Source: Hydrurus foetidus
Lineage: Eukaryota
DNA length: 64,000 nucleotides
Direction: 5' to 3'
Assembly: GCA_900617105.1 (NCBI GenBank)
Contig: UYFQ01000001.1
Span: forward strand, 3,100,001-3,164,000
Below are positions 40,341 to 50,379 of this stretch, in pieces. The position numbers were made by a program, and so were the translations under genes. The notes under the pieces are model-generated. The model was given only the letters and a program-made list of their open reading frames with translations. It was not told the DNA's origin and made no database searches. The stretch's first letter is position 1. Each line of letters opens with the position of its first letter.

Positions 40341-41384
40341 CTACCCTGGGAAGTTCTCAGGAATTTTTGCTTTGCCGCGCGCTTCACCTGCAGAAATCAC
40401 GTTGCGCTTAACCAGCTCGGTCAGGTTTTGGTCCAGCGTCTGCATGCCCACGCTGTTGCCGGTTTGAATCGACGAATACATCTGCGCCACTTTGGCTTCG
40501 CGAATCAAATTGCGAATAGCGCTGGTGCCCAGCATGATCTCGTGAGCGGCAACTCGGCCTTGTCCGTCTTTAGTTTTGCACAGCGTTTGCGAAATAACGG
40601 CCTGCAGTGACTCGGACAACATCGAGCGGATCATCTCTTTTTCTTCCGCCGGAAACACGTCAATGATTCGGTCAATGGTTTTTGCAGCACTCGACGTGTG
40701 CAGCGTGCCAAACACCAGATGGCCAGTCTCCGCTGCCGTCATAGCCAGGCGAATGGTCTCTAAATCGCGCATTTCGCCGACCAGAATCGCGTCCGGGTCT
40801 TCACGCAATGCGGACTTCAATGCCGCAGAAAAGCTCAGCGTATGCGGGCCGACTTCACGCTGGTTGATCAGGCATTTTTTGGACTCATGCACAAACTCAA
40901 TCGGGTCTTCAACGGTCAGGATGTGGCCGTATTCGTTTTCATTGAGGTAGTTCACCATCGCCGCCAGCGTGGTGGACTTGCCTGAACCTGTTGGGCCAGT
41001 GACCAGCACCATGCCGCGCGGCTTCATGGCCAGGTCGCCAAAAATCTTGGGGGCGTTCAATTGCTCCAGCGTCAAAATTTTGGAGGGAATGGTTCGCAGC
41101 ACCGCGCCCGCGCCGCGGTTGTGGTTAAACGCATTGACCCGAAAGCGCGCCAAGCCGTCAATTTCAAACGAAAAATCGACCTCCAAAAATTCTTCGTAAT
41201 TTTTGCGCTGGGTGTCATTCATGATGTCGTACACCATGGCATGCACTTGCTTGTGGTCCAGCGGCTCAACGTTAATGCGCCGTACGTCGCCGTGCACGCG
41301 AATCATGGGCGGCAAGCCGGCAGACAAGTGCAGGTCAGACGCTTTGTTTTTAACGCTGAAGGCCAACAACTGGGTAATGTCCAT
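40341..41384 (-). CDS. pilT: Type IV pilus retraction ATPase PilT
   Basis: MDITQLLAF, GPTGSGKSTT, AIRNLIRE. Confidence 0.98.
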   Translation of the reverse strand: MDITQLLAFSVKNKASDLHLSAGLPPMIRVHGDVRRINVEPLDHKQVHAMVYDIMNDTQRKNYEEFLEVDFSFEIDGLARFRVNAFNHNRGAGAVLRTIPSKILTLEQLNAPKIFGDLAMKPRGMVLVTGPTGSGKSTTLAAMVNYLNENEYGHILTVEDPIEFVHESKKCLINQREVGPHTLSFSAALKSALREDPDAILVGEMRDLETIRLAMTAAETGHLVFGTLHTSSAAKTIDRIIDVFPAEEKEMIRSMLSESLQAVISQTLCKTKDGQGRVAAHEIMLGTSAIRNLIREAKVAQMYSSIQTGNSVGMQTLDQNLTELVKRNVISAGEARGKAKIPENFPG

Positions 41385-41434
41385 CGTACAAATCCTCGCA
41401 CTGGTAATGAGTAGTTTCAGTTTACAGTCGGATT

Positions 41435-42127
41435 ATGACCATGATTGAGCGTAATTTATACAGCGTGCGTGACCGCATTACTACCGCCTGTGTGGCTGCC
41501 GCACGCGACCCAGCCAGCGTGGCGTTGCTGGCCGTGTCCAAAACCTTTGGCGCCGATGCGGTGCTTGAGGCCATGGCCACCGGTCAGCGGGCCTTTGGTG
41601 AAAATTACATCGCAGAGGGGGTTGAAAAGATAACCGCCCTGCAAGCGCACGCAGGTCTGGTCTGGCACTGCATTGGCCCGATACAAAGCAACAAAACCCG
41701 CTTGGTGGCCGAGCATTTCGACTGGGTGCAGTCGGTAGACCGCCTGAAAATTGCCCAACGCCTCAGTGAGCAGCGGCCTGGGCACTTGGCGCCGTTGCAG
41801 ATATGCATTCAGGTCAACACCGACGGCGGGGCTAACAAATCGGGCGTTACCCCAAGCGAGCTGCCCGCGCTGATTGCTGAAGTCGTCAAGCTGCCCCAGT
41901 TGCGGTTGCGCGGCTTGATGACGCTGCCTGAGCCTGCTATTAATTTCGAAGCTGCTTGCGCCCTGCATTTGCTGGCCAAGGAGCTATTTGACTCCATAAA
42001 TGCATCAAAAATGTTAACGGATCCGCTAGACACGTTGTCTATGGGCATGACGGGTGACCTGGAAGCTGCAATTCAATCAGGCAGCACGATGGTGCGGGTC
42101 GGCACGGCCATTTTTGGCAAGCGCTAG
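41435..42127 (+). CDS. yggS: PLP homeostasis protein YggS
   Basis: LLAVSKT, FGENY, WHCIGPIQSNK, LSMGMTGD, VRVGTAIFG. Confidence 0.96.
   Translation: MTMIERNLYSVRDRITTACVAAARDPASVALLAVSKTFGADAVLEAMATGQRAFGENYIAEGVEKITALQAHAGLVWHCIGPIQSNKTRLVAEHFDWVQSVDRLKIAQRLSEQRPGHLAPLQICIQVNTDGGANKSGVTPSELPALIAEVVKLPQLRLRGLMTLPEPAINFEAACALHLLAKELFDSINASKMLTDPLDTLSMGMTGDLEAAIQSGSTMVRVGTAIFGKR
41935..42000 (+). repeat. Family A motif inside yggS
   Basis: TGCTATTAATTTCGAAGCTGCTTGCGCCCTGCATTTGCTGGCCAAGGAGCTATTTG; encodes AINFEAACALHLLAKELFDSI. Confidence 0.82.
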
Positions 42128-42220
42128 GTGGACTGTGCCCAATAGCTGGGCGGCAATAAATTAAAATCGCAGGTTCGCGCTTGCGCGGCTTGTTGAATCT
42201 GCCTTTTTTTGGAGTTTGCT

Positions 42221-44455
42221 TTGACCCCCTCGCCATCTGCCCGCACAACGTGCCACCGCCTGCAAGTCGCTACGCAACTGCACCAGTTCATTGAAAGCAA
42301 AGTGCTGCCGGGTACCGGCGTTAGCAGTGAAAACTTCTGGAAGGGCTTTGACGCCATCGTGGCCGACTTAGCGCCAAAAAACATCGCCTTGCTGGCCGAG
42401 CGTGACCGCCTGCAAACTGAGCTGGACACCTGGCACAAAGCCAATCCAGGCCCGGTCACAGACATGAAGGGCTATCAAAAGTTTTTGACCAGCATCGGCT
42501 ACCTCGTGCCCGCGCCGAAAAAAGTCAAAGCCACCACCGACAACGTTGACGCTGAGCTGGCCAAGCAGGCCGGCCCGCAATTGGTCGTACCTATTTTGAA
42601 TGCTCGCTACGCATTGAACGCCGCCAACGCACGTTGGGGCAGCTTGTATGACGCGCTGTACGGCACGGATGTCATTTCTGAAGCTGATGGCGCTGAAAAG
42701 GGAAAGGGCTACAACCCCCAACGCGGCGCCAAAGTCATTGAATATGCCCGCTACGTGCTTGACCGCACCGCACCGCTGGCCAGTGGCTCGCATATCGACT
42801 CAGTCGGCTACAGCGTGCGCGCTGGCAAGCTTGTTGTCAAATTGAGCAATGGCAAGAGCGTTGGCTTGCTTGACGCCGCACAGTTCATCGGCTACCAGGG
42901 CGCTATGGCCAAGCCATCTTCGGTACTGTTGCAGCACAACGGCCTGCACATAGACATTCAAATCAATGCCGCCACACCGATTGGCGAAACCGACCCGGCA
43001 GGCGTGTGCGACCTGGTGCTTGAGGCAGCGCTGTCGACCATTTTGGATCTCGAAGATTCAGTGGCTGTGGTCGACGCAGACGACAAAGTGCTGGCCTACA
43101 GCAACTGGCTGGGTATTTTGCAAGGCACGCTGACAGAGAGCGTTACTAAAGACGGCAAGACGTTTACGCGCGGCTTGAATGCTGATCGTATTTACACATC
43201 GGCTACGAGTAAGAAACCAGTCGTACTTCACGGCCGCTCACTCATGTTTCTGCGCAATGTCGGCCACCTTATGACCAACCCGGCCATCACCTACACGGCT
43301 CTTGATGGCAAAACCAAAGAAATTCCTGAAGGTATTTTGGACGCGGTGGTCACCACCACCATCGCCATGCATGACCTCAAACTCAAAGGCAAGCCCGGCA
43401 TTAAGAATTCACGCAAGGGCAGCGTCTACATCGTCAAGCCCAAAATGCACGGCCCGGCTGAAGTGGCGTTTGCCGCCGAGCTGTTTGGCCGGGTGGAAAA
43501 AATGCTGGGCCTCAAAGACTCAACCGTAAAGCTCGGCATCATGGACGAAGAGCGCCGCACCAGCGCCAACCTGATGGCATGCATCGCCGCGGCCAGCTCG
43601 CGCGTCGCCTTCATCAACACCGGCTTTTTAGACCGCACCGGAGACGAGATGCACACCGCCATGCAAGCCGGCCCGATGATCCGCAAAGGCGACATGAAAA
43701 CCAGCACCTGGATTGCCGCTTATGAAAAGAACAACGTGCAAGTCGGCTTGGCGTGCGGGCTGCGCGGCAAAGCGCAAATCGGCAAAGGCATGTGGGCTAT
43801 GCCCGATTTGATGGCCGCCATGATGACGCAAAAAATCGGCCATCCGCTGGCCGGTGCCAACACCGCTTGGGTGCCCAGCCCCACGGGCGCCACGCTGCAC
43901 GCGCTGCACTATCACCAGGTCGATGTGGCCAAAGTGCAAAAAGACATGGAAAAAGCAGTCAACAAGGCTGATCCTAAAAAGCTGCGCAGCGACACGCTCA
44001 ATGCACTGCTGCAGATCCCCGTGACCACCACGCCCAACTGGTCAGCAGCAGAGAAATCTCAGGAACTCGACAACAACGCCCAAGGAATTCTGGGTTACGT
44101 CGTGCGCTGGATCGACCAGGGCGTAGGTTGTAGCAAAGTGCCTGACATCCACAACATCGGCCTGATGGAAGACCGCGCGACCCTGCGCATCTCAAGCCAG
44201 CACATGGCCAACTGGCTGCTGCACGGCGTGGTGGGCAAAGCGCAAATCAACGAAACTTTCCAGCGCATGGCGGCGGTGGTTGACGGCCAAAACGCAGGAG
44301 ACAAGCTGTACCAAAAGATGGCGGGTAACTTTGACACGTCGATGGCGTACAAGGCGGCGACTGATTTGGTGTTTAAGGGCTTGACGCAGCCAAGCGGGTA
44401 CACAGAGCCGTTGCTGCATGCTTGGCGATTGAAGGTGAAGGCTGCGAGTGCATAA
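42221..44455 (+). CDS. glcB: Malate synthase G
   Basis: [57 protein letters not shown] start after GGAG. Confidence 0.97.
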   Translation: MTPSPSARTTCHRLQVATQLHQFIESKVLPGTGVSSENFWKGFDAIVADLAPKNIALLAERDRLQTELDTWHKANPGPVTDMKGYQKFLTSIGYLVPAPKKVKATTDNVDAELAKQAGPQLVVPILNARYALNAANARWGSLYDALYGTDVISEADGAEKGKGYNPQRGAKVIEYARYVLDRTAPLASGSHIDSVGYSVRAGKLVVKLSNGKSVGLLDAAQFIGYQGAMAKPSSVLLQHNGLHIDIQINAATPIGETDPAGVCDLVLEAALSTILDLEDSVAVVDADDKVLAYSNWLGILQGTLTESVTKDGKTFTRGLNADRIYTSATSKKPVVLHGRSLMFLRNVGHLMTNPAITYTALDGKTKEIPEGILDAVVTTTIAMHDLKLKGKPGIKNSRKGSVYIVKPKMHGPAEVAFAAELFGRVEKMLGLKDSTVKLGIMDEERRTSANLMACIAAASSRVAFINTGFLDRTGDEMHTAMQAGPMIRKGDMKTSTWIAAYEKNNVQVGLACGLRGKAQIGKGMWAMPDLMAAMMTQKIGHPLAGANTAWVPSPTGATLHALHYHQVDVAKVQKDMEKAVNKADPKKLRSDTLNALLQIPVTTTPNWSAAEKSQELDNNAQGILGYVVRWIDQGVGCSKVPDIHNIGLMEDRATLRISSQHMANWLLHGVVGKAQINETFQRMAAVVDGQNAGDKLYQKMAGNFDTSMAYKAATDLVFKGLTQPSGYTEPLLHAWRLKVKAASA

Positions 44456-44520
44456 TGCTATTTAATTAGTAGCTGCTTGCGCCCGTATTTATTGGGCTAC
44501 GGCTTATTTTTATAGTCAAA
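44456..44520 (+). repeat. Family A motif (near consensus)
   Basis: TGCTATTTAATTAGTAGCTGCTTGCGCCCGTATTTATTGGGCTACGGCTTATTTT. Confidence 0.92.
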
Positions 44521-44543
44521 AGGCGCTTCTCAGCGCCTTTTTT
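44518..44543. terminator. Bidirectional intrinsic terminator
   Basis: AAAAGGCGCT-TCTC-AGCGCCTTTTTT between convergent genes. Confidence 0.8.
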
Positions 44544-45499
44544 CATACTTTAAGAGGTCCTTGGCCCAGCGTGGCAAGAATTCTGTTTTTCAGACGTGCT
44601 TGGGCATCTTCGAGCGCATCGGCTTTCCAGAAAATGCAGTTGTATTGCCGGATGTCAAAGTGAAGGTCATCGCCTTCACGGCACATAAAAATCACTGGCA
44701 ACTCAAGGCCGTGTGCAAAACCCGCCTCGTAGTAGACACCACCCCGACCACCCGTAAAGTCAGCAACGACGAAGCGTGAACCCCGAGTAGAGGCCATGAT
44801 CTGGTCATCGATTTTGCCGTTGTGTTGCTTGGAGTCAATGCGCAGGGGTTCATATCCGGCTGAGCGAATAGCTGGTTCAATTACATCCGTCCAAAGTGGC
44901 TTGACTTCATCGCTGAACCACATCGCGCAAAAGCCGATTGAGGAGTTTTCGTCTTTCCGGCCCTCAAGATGGATAAGTCCTTTTGGACTGACTTGGTACT
45001 CAATGTTGTTTTGACTCACAAGCAGCCCTAGCTCAATGCACAGAACTTCGGTCAGCATGAATGTCATTTCATGTGTGTCGTGGTTCCACCCAATAGGCAA
45101 TAGCGGACTAGAAAGCAGCGATCCCCCAAGGGGGTTTAAAGTACCGTTATCGTTGTTGGTGTAGCTGTCCCAAATTCCAAGCTCATTAATTTGGAACGAT
45201 TTACCAGGTGGGAATTTTTCGTTAAGCCAGCGCAACATTCGCTCAGTACGCGTGCTGAGTAAGGGGACTCTGGACTTGAGCGCGTTTTCAATTTCTGCCG
45301 TAGTCAAAATGTCCGGTTTGTTTTGAACTAGCCAAGCAGAGATCTTCCATCGCACATTGCTGTCCGAATTTGCGAGAATTACTTGTGCACTTCCACTGAC
45401 GGTGAATCCGAGGCACTGCGGACAGTTTACGACGCAGGCATCGCGTGTTGGATGGTTCGCAACAGTTGCACCATTATTCAAACAAATCGGACACCCCAT
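44543..45499 (-). CDS. Zn-ribbon + wHTH + nucleoside 2-deoxyribosyltransferase/TIR-like protein (candidate defence effector)
   Basis: CPIC..CPQC; YQVSPKG wing-like motif; GFCAMWF, FVVADFTG.RGGVYYEAGFAHG, LHFDIRQYN; visibly more AT-rich than its neighbours. Confidence 0.78.
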   Translation of the reverse strand: MGCPICLNNGATVANHPTRDACVVNCPQCLGFTVSGSAQVILANSDSNVRWKISAWLVQNKPDILTTAEIENALKSRVPLLSTRTERMLRWLNEKFPPGKSFQINELGIWDSYTNNDNGTLNPLGGSLLSSPLLPIGWNHDTHEMTFMLTEVLCIELGLLVSQNNIEYQVSPKGLIHLEGRKDENSSIGFCAMWFSDEVKPLWTDVIEPAIRSAGYEPLRIDSKQHNGKIDDQIMASTRGSRFVVADFTGGRGGVYYEAGFAHGLELPVIFMCREGDDLHFDIRQYNCIFWKADALEDAQARLKNRILATLGQGPLKV

Positions 45500-45647
45500 A
45501 TCAAGCCACCCTTATCAACTGCGTTTCCACACGTATTCAACCGGACGAAAACTGATATAGCGGTTACATGGTTGGTCACTGTTATTCTCACCCGCAGAAA
45601 TCTCAACTGAGAGACAAAAGAGCAACTCCACCAAAAAACCAGTCCCC

Positions 45648-45929
45648 ATGACCGCACAAACTTCAATGCTCCACACTCGGGTGGACGACGACATTCCAGA
45701 CCAGGCCGCTCTGGCGCTGACCGCTATGGGCTTGTCGGTATCTGACGCGGTGCAGCTGTTTTTGGGGAGGGCGGTGGTTGACCAAGCCTTTCCGGTGGAC
45801 CACAAAGTGCCCAATGCTGAATCGCAAGCAGCCATGCAAGAGTCGCGCGCCATGGTGGCCAGCCGCAAAGCTCGGTTTGCTTTTGGTGACGAACTATTTG
45901 CTGATCTTGAAAAAGCCAGCGGCAAGTAA
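45648..45929 (+). CDS. dinJ: RelB/DinJ-family antitoxin (possibly decaying)
   Basis: MLHTRVDDDI..QA..AL.AMGLSVSDAV.LFL..PNAE..AAM; palindrome TCTCAACTGAGA upstream. Confidence 0.8.
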   Translation: MTAQTSMLHTRVDDDIPDQAALALTAMGLSVSDAVQLFLGRAVVDQAFPVDHKVPNAESQAAMQESRAMVASRKARFAFGDELFADLEKASGK

Positions 45930-46222
45930 GCGCGCCAGCGTTCTGGGCGCTTGCGATTACGCCAAGTCGTTTCTTAAAGACTGGATACAGCTTTCACATT
46001 CGGGCCGACGTGCCATGGTGCGGCTCAAAGAAGCCATGCTTTTTACGCATTGCCAACGACGCCCCGCTTGGCTCTGAATGGCTGGGCAATGATTTGAACG
46101 GTGAAGGGGCCGACCACCGCGAATGCCATATTGGGGGTGACTTTTTGTTGACCTGTCAGCTTGACGGACACTACCTGAGCTTTGTTCGGGCTGGCTCGCA
46201 TGCAAACTTGTTCGGCGGATAA
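45907..46222 (+). pseudogene. yafQ: YafQ-family toxin, frameshifted near 46040
   Basis: One frame gives KSFLKDW..LSHSGR..M.RLKEAML; the next frame gives IANDAPLG.EWL..HRECHIGGDFLL..FVRAGSHANLF. Confidence 0.85.
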
Positions 46223-46280
46223 ATTAATAGCTGCTTGCGCCCGTATTCATTGGGCTACAGGCCTATTTGGCCGTTAAAAC
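46220..46280 (+). repeat. Family A motif (5' arm lost)
   Basis: TAAATTAATAGCTGCTTGCGCCCGTATTCATTGGGCTACAGGCCTATTT. Confidence 0.92.
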
Positions 46281-46297
46281 TACTCAATGCCAGCCTT

Positions 46298-47491
46298 TTA
46301 ACCCGCAGCCCGCTTTTGCAAAATCTCAAAGGCGGGCAGCGTCTTGCCTTCCAGCACTTCCAGAAAAGCGCCACCGCCGGTTGAGATGTAGTCAACCTGC
46401 TTTTCAATGCCGTATTTGGCGATGGCAGCCACTGTGTCGCCGCCGCCTGCTATTGAAAATGCGCTGCTGGCCGCGATGGCTTTGGCGATGCCTTCGGTGC
46501 CGTGGGAAAAAGCTTCAAACTCAAACACGCCGACCGGGCCGTTCCAGACGATTGTGCCTGCGGCCATTAATTGCGCCGCCAGAATCGCTGTGGTTTTGGG
46601 GCCGATGTCCAATATCAAGTCGTCATCCGTTACCTCGGTGGCGGATTTGGTGGTGGCTGGCGCGTCGGCTGAAAACGTTTTGGCCGTAACAACATCTACA
46701 GGGATCGGTACAGCCGCGCCACGAGCTCTCATTGCCTCAATTACCGCTGTTGCCTCGCCTAATAAATCGCGCTCGGCCAGGCTTTTACCGATGTTCAAAC
46801 CCGCTGCCAGCATGAAGGTGTTGGCAATGCCGCCGCCCACCATTAATTGGTCAACGTTGGCAGCAAGTGCTTTCAAAATAGTCAGCTTGTTCGACACCTT
46901 GCTGCCCGCCACAATCGCCACCAGCGGGCGGCGCGGGTTGGTCAGCGCTTTTGAAATGGCGTCCATTTCCGCTGCCAGCAACGGCCCGGCGCAGGCTACT
47001 TTGGCATACTGCGCAATACCGTAGGTGGATGCCTCGGCGCGGTGTGCGGTGCCGAATGCATCGTGCACAAAAATATCGCACAGGGCGGCCATTTTGCGGG
47101 CAAGTGCTTCGTCATTTTTCTTCTCACCGACGTTCACGCGGCAGTTCTCCAGCATCACCAGCTCACCGGGTTTCACGGCAACACCGCCGCCCCAATTTTG
47201 CAAAACAGGCACGCTTCGGTGCATCAATTCACCCAGGCGTTTGGCCACCGGGGCAAGTGAATCGGCGGGCTTGAACTGCCCTTCCGTTGGCCTGCCCAAA
47301 TGCGAAGTAACCATGACGGCTGCGCCGGAGTCCAACGCCAGTTGAATGCACGCCATCGACGCGCGAATGCGGGTGTCCTCAGAAATGTTGCCTGCTGTAT
47401 CTTGCGGCACATTCAAGTCAGCACGAATAAAAACGCGCTTGCCTTTAATTTGGCCCTGCGCACACAAGTCTGTAAAGCGGATGAAGTTCAT
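46298..47491 (-). CDS. pgk: Phosphoglycerate kinase
   Basis: [41 protein letters not shown]. Confidence 0.98.
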   Translation of the reverse strand: MNFIRFTDLCAQGQIKGKRVFIRADLNVPQDTAGNISEDTRIRASMACIQLALDSGAAVMVTSHLGRPTEGQFKPADSLAPVAKRLGELMHRSVPVLQNWGGGVAVKPGELVMLENCRVNVGEKKNDEALARKMAALCDIFVHDAFGTAHRAEASTYGIAQYAKVACAGPLLAAEMDAISKALTNPRRPLVAIVAGSKVSNKLTILKALAANVDQLMVGGGIANTFMLAAGLNIGKSLAERDLLGEATAVIEAMRARGAAVPIPVDVVTAKTFSADAPATTKSATEVTDDDLILDIGPKTTAILAAQLMAAGTIVWNGPVGVFEFEAFSHGTEGIAKAIAASSAFSIAGGGDTVAAIAKYGIEKQVDYISTGGGAFLEVLEGKTLPAFEILQKRAAG

Positions 47492-47540
47492 GGGCTGCAT
47501 TGTAAAAGCCGCCCGCGCGGCCAGTAACGTACTGCGGCGG

Positions 47541-47876
47541 TTACCAGCCTAAGCCAATGTGCAAAGGCAAGTAAACAGACATACCCACCACGATCGTGCC
47601 CAGCACGCCTTTGCGCCAGAAAAACCAGGCAGCGCCCGCTGCTGCTGCAAACAAGCGCGCGTCTTGCCAGGTGCTGATCAACTGGCCTTGGGTCATGACG
47701 AGTTCGGGAATCACCACCGCAGCCAGTGCGGCAATTGGCGCGTACTGCAGGCCGCGCGCGGCCCAGGCGGGCAATGCCCAAGGTTTGCTTGAAATGAAGA
47801 AAAAGCAGCGCGTCAATACCGTTATGCCCGCCAGGCAGGCAATGGTCAGCAACGTGCTGCCGTCGGTCGCGTTCAT
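47541..47876 (-). CDS. AzlD-family protein
   Basis: [19 protein letters not shown]; 4-bp overlap with the AzlC stop. Confidence 0.85.
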   Translation of the reverse strand: MNATDGSTLLTIACLAGITVLTRCFFFISSKPWALPAWAARGLQYAPIAALAAVVIPELVMTQGQLISTWQDARLFAAAAGAAWFFWRKGVLGTIVVGMSVYLPLHIGLGW

Positions 47877-48625
47877 GCGGTGCGCTCCGCAAGTTTTTCT
47901 TTTGCGCGGCGTGGAGGCGTTTTGCCTTCCAGCCACAGGCACAAAAGTACCGCCGCCGCAATGGCCACCACGATATTCAGCTTGAGCGGCATTGAGTAAG
48001 CCGCAACTGCAGCAACACCAGCGATCAGCCCCGCTGCTACGCGCAAACGGCTGGTGGCCAGCGAGCACAAAATTCCCAGCAGACACAGCACGCCCGCAAA
48101 CCCCAGGCCCCAACTGGTGGGAATAAAGTTGGCCAGCACAATGCCCACGCCGCTGGCCAGCATCCAATTGGCCCAGGCAACAAAGCAGTGCCCCGCTAAA
48201 AATGCGTCTTGAGCTTGTTGCTGCTCAGCCGTTTGCCCCGGCGTGAGAAAGCGCTCGGTGAATTGCACATAGCTCACGTCTGTAATTAGGTAGCCAGTGA
48301 TAAGGCGCTGGCTAAGGGGAAGGTGCATCAGGTAGTCGCGCAGGTGCAGGCTGAACACGGTAAAGCGCAAATTCACACAAAATGCAGCCGCCAATATCAC
48401 CCACAGCGGCGCCGCGGCGACGATCAGCGGAATCGCGGTGAGTTGCGCACTACCGGCAAAAACCAGCAAAGTCATCGCCACCGACTCGAATACGCTCAAG
48501 CCCGACTTGACCATGGCCACGCCAGTCATCAAACCCCAGGCGGCGAACCCGGCGACTTGCGGCAACATGGTGCGCATGCCGACTTTGAATTCGGGATGGC
48601 GAAAGTTAGCGGGACGAAAAAACAT
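47873..48625 (-). CDS. AzlC-family branched-chain amino acid permease
   Basis: MTLLVFAGSAQL, VNLRF, ITDVSY. Confidence 0.9.
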   Translation of the reverse strand: MFFRPANFRHPEFKVGMRTMLPQVAGFAAWGLMTGVAMVKSGLSVFESVAMTLLVFAGSAQLTAIPLIVAAAPLWVILAAAFCVNLRFTVFSLHLRDYLMHLPLSQRLITGYLITDVSYVQFTERFLTPGQTAEQQQAQDAFLAGHCFVAWANWMLASGVGIVLANFIPTSWGLGFAGVLCLLGILCSLATSRLRVAAGLIAGVAAVAAYSMPLKLNIVVAIAAAVLLCLWLEGKTPPRRAKEKLAERTA

Positions 48626-48628
48626 GCT

Positions 48629-49612
48629 CTAGGGCGCTGTGCGCGAATCCGGGGTACTGAACACCGCGCCTTCAGTCAAGGCAAAGCCACGCAAAAAATC
48701 AGCTACTGACATTGACTTGCCACCCGCTTTTTGCAGCCGCGTGATGCGCAGCGCGCCGTCGCCTGTGGCAACGTCCAGGCCCTCATTTTGAATGCTAAAT
48801 AGGCTTCCAGACGCCATTTTATGGGCGCTAGCAGCTATTAAAACATGAGCGCTTTGCAGCTTGATGACCTCGCCATTCAGCACGCTGCTGGCCCCAGGCG
48901 AGGGGTTGAAAGCGCGAATGCGGCGTTCAATCACTGCGGCGTTTTGCTGCCAGTCAATTTGCGCTTCAGACTTGTCAATTTTGTGCGCGTAAGTAATGCC
49001 TGCTTGCGGCTGCGCAACAGGCGCGAGGCTGCTCGACGCAGCCAATGCCAACGCTTTCACAATCAATTGCCCGCCCATCGCAGCGAGCTGGTCGTGCAAT
49101 TCGGGCGTGGTGTCGTCAAGTGCAATTGCCAGTTTTTCTACAAGCAACATGTCGCCAGTGTCTAGCCCCGCGTCCATTTGCATGATGGTGATGCCGGTTT
49201 CTAAATCACCCGCCTCAATCGCGCGGTGAATCGGCGCTGCGCCGCGCCAACGGGGAAGCAGCGACGCGTGAATATTCAGGCAACCTAGCTGCGGCGTATT
49301 AAGCACCCATTGCGGCAATATCAAGCCGTACGCTGCCACCACCATGATGTCTGCCTGCGCGGCTTCAATTGCTTGCTGCGCGGCGTGCGCCTCGTCTGGG
49401 TATTTGCCGTCAAGCCGTAAACTGCGCGGCTGCGCTACAGGAATGTCGTGCGAGATTGCCCACTGCTTGACGGGTGACGCCTGCAATTTCAGGCCGCGCC
49501 CGGCGGGGCGGTCGGGCTGGGTCAGCACCAAAGCAATCTCAAAGCCCGCCGCGTGAATAGCGTTTAGAGCAACGCGGGCAAATTCGGGTGTTCCCGCGAA
49601 GATAACCTTCAT
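48629..49612 (-). CDS. fmt: Methionyl-tRNA formyltransferase
   Basis: [35 protein letters not shown]. Confidence 0.98.
   Translation of the reverse strand: MKVIFAGTPEFARVALNAIHAAGFEIALVLTQPDRPAGRGLKLQASPVKQWAISHDIPVAQPRSLRLDGKYPDEAHAAQQAIEAAQADIMVVAAYGLILPQWVLNTPQLGCLNIHASLLPRWRGAAPIHRAIEAGDLETGITIMQMDAGLDTGDMLLVEKLAIALDDTTPELHDQLAAMGGQLIVKALALAASSSLAPVAQPQAGITYAHKIDKSEAQIDWQQNAAVIERRIRAFNPSPGASSVLNGEVIKLQSAHVLIAASAHKMASGSLFSIQNEGLDVATGDGALRITRLQKAGGKSMSVADFLRGFALTEGAVFSTPDSRTAP
48786..48850 (-). repeat. Family A motif inside fmt
   Basis: rc GCTCATGTTTTAATAGCTGCTAGCGCCCATAAAATGGCGTCTGGAAGCCTATTTAGCATTCAAAA; encodes [22 protein letters not shown]. Confidence 0.82.
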
Positions 49613-49622
49613 CAAACGCTCA

Positions 49623-50126
49623 TCAATCGGCTTTAGCTTGCTTGATCATCTTGGTCTTGATGCGGTTGCGTTTAAGCGGCGACAAGTATTCGACAAACAC
49701 CTTGCCTATCAGGTGGTCCATCTCGTGCTGCACACAAACTGACAGCAAGCCTTCGGCCTCATGCGTTTGCAGTTTGCCGTCCAAGTCAAGTGCCTCGACC
49801 TTGATGGCCAACGAACGTTCTACATCGTCGTAAATGCCGGGCACCGACAGGCAGCCTTCGTTGTTGACTTTTTTCTCGTCGCTGGCCCAGACAATATTCG
49901 GGTTAATCAGGACCAGCGGGTCATCGCGCTCGGCGCTAATGTCAATCACCACCACACGCTCATGCACATTGACTTGCGTGGCGGCTAGGCCAATGCCCTC
50001 GGCTTCGTACATGGTGTGCAACATGTCATCGACAAGGGTTTTTATGCGGGCGTCAACAGCTGCCACCGGTTTGGCAATGGTGTGCAGCCGGGCGTCGGGG
50101 TAGCGAAGAATGGTCAGTTGTGTCAT
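49623..50126 (-). CDS. def: Peptide deformylase
   Basis: [21 protein letters not shown]. Confidence 0.98.
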   Translation of the reverse strand: MTQLTILRYPDARLHTIAKPVAAVDARIKTLVDDMLHTMYEAEGIGLAATQVNVHERVVVIDISAERDDPLVLINPNIVWASDEKKVNNEGCLSVPGIYDDVERSLAIKVEALDLDGKLQTHEAEGLLSVCVQHEMDHLIGKVFVEYLSPLKRNRIKTKMIKQAKAD

Positions 50127-50379
50127 GTTGCTAGGGTAGTTGTCTCTATTTTCGCAAACTTTCGGGGCTTTTGGGCTGCGATGTGTGGCGGAAATCCAGT
50201 TTTCATTGCTCAATCAAGGGCTTAGGTGCAAAATTGAGTGTAGTTTGTCAAGATTAGTTGGCGTAACTTTGCGTTGTTAAGATTCATCAAAACTATCGAA
50301 TCTCAAGCGCCAAGGCGCTAGCTGAGTCAGATAACCAGTCAAAAACCAAGCCACTATCTAAGCTCTAAGGGCCACCAAG

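Noticed and set aside
44456..46280. Integron cassette or transposon call for the islet
   Set aside because: No integrase or transposase, no convincing attC core sites and no target duplication seen.
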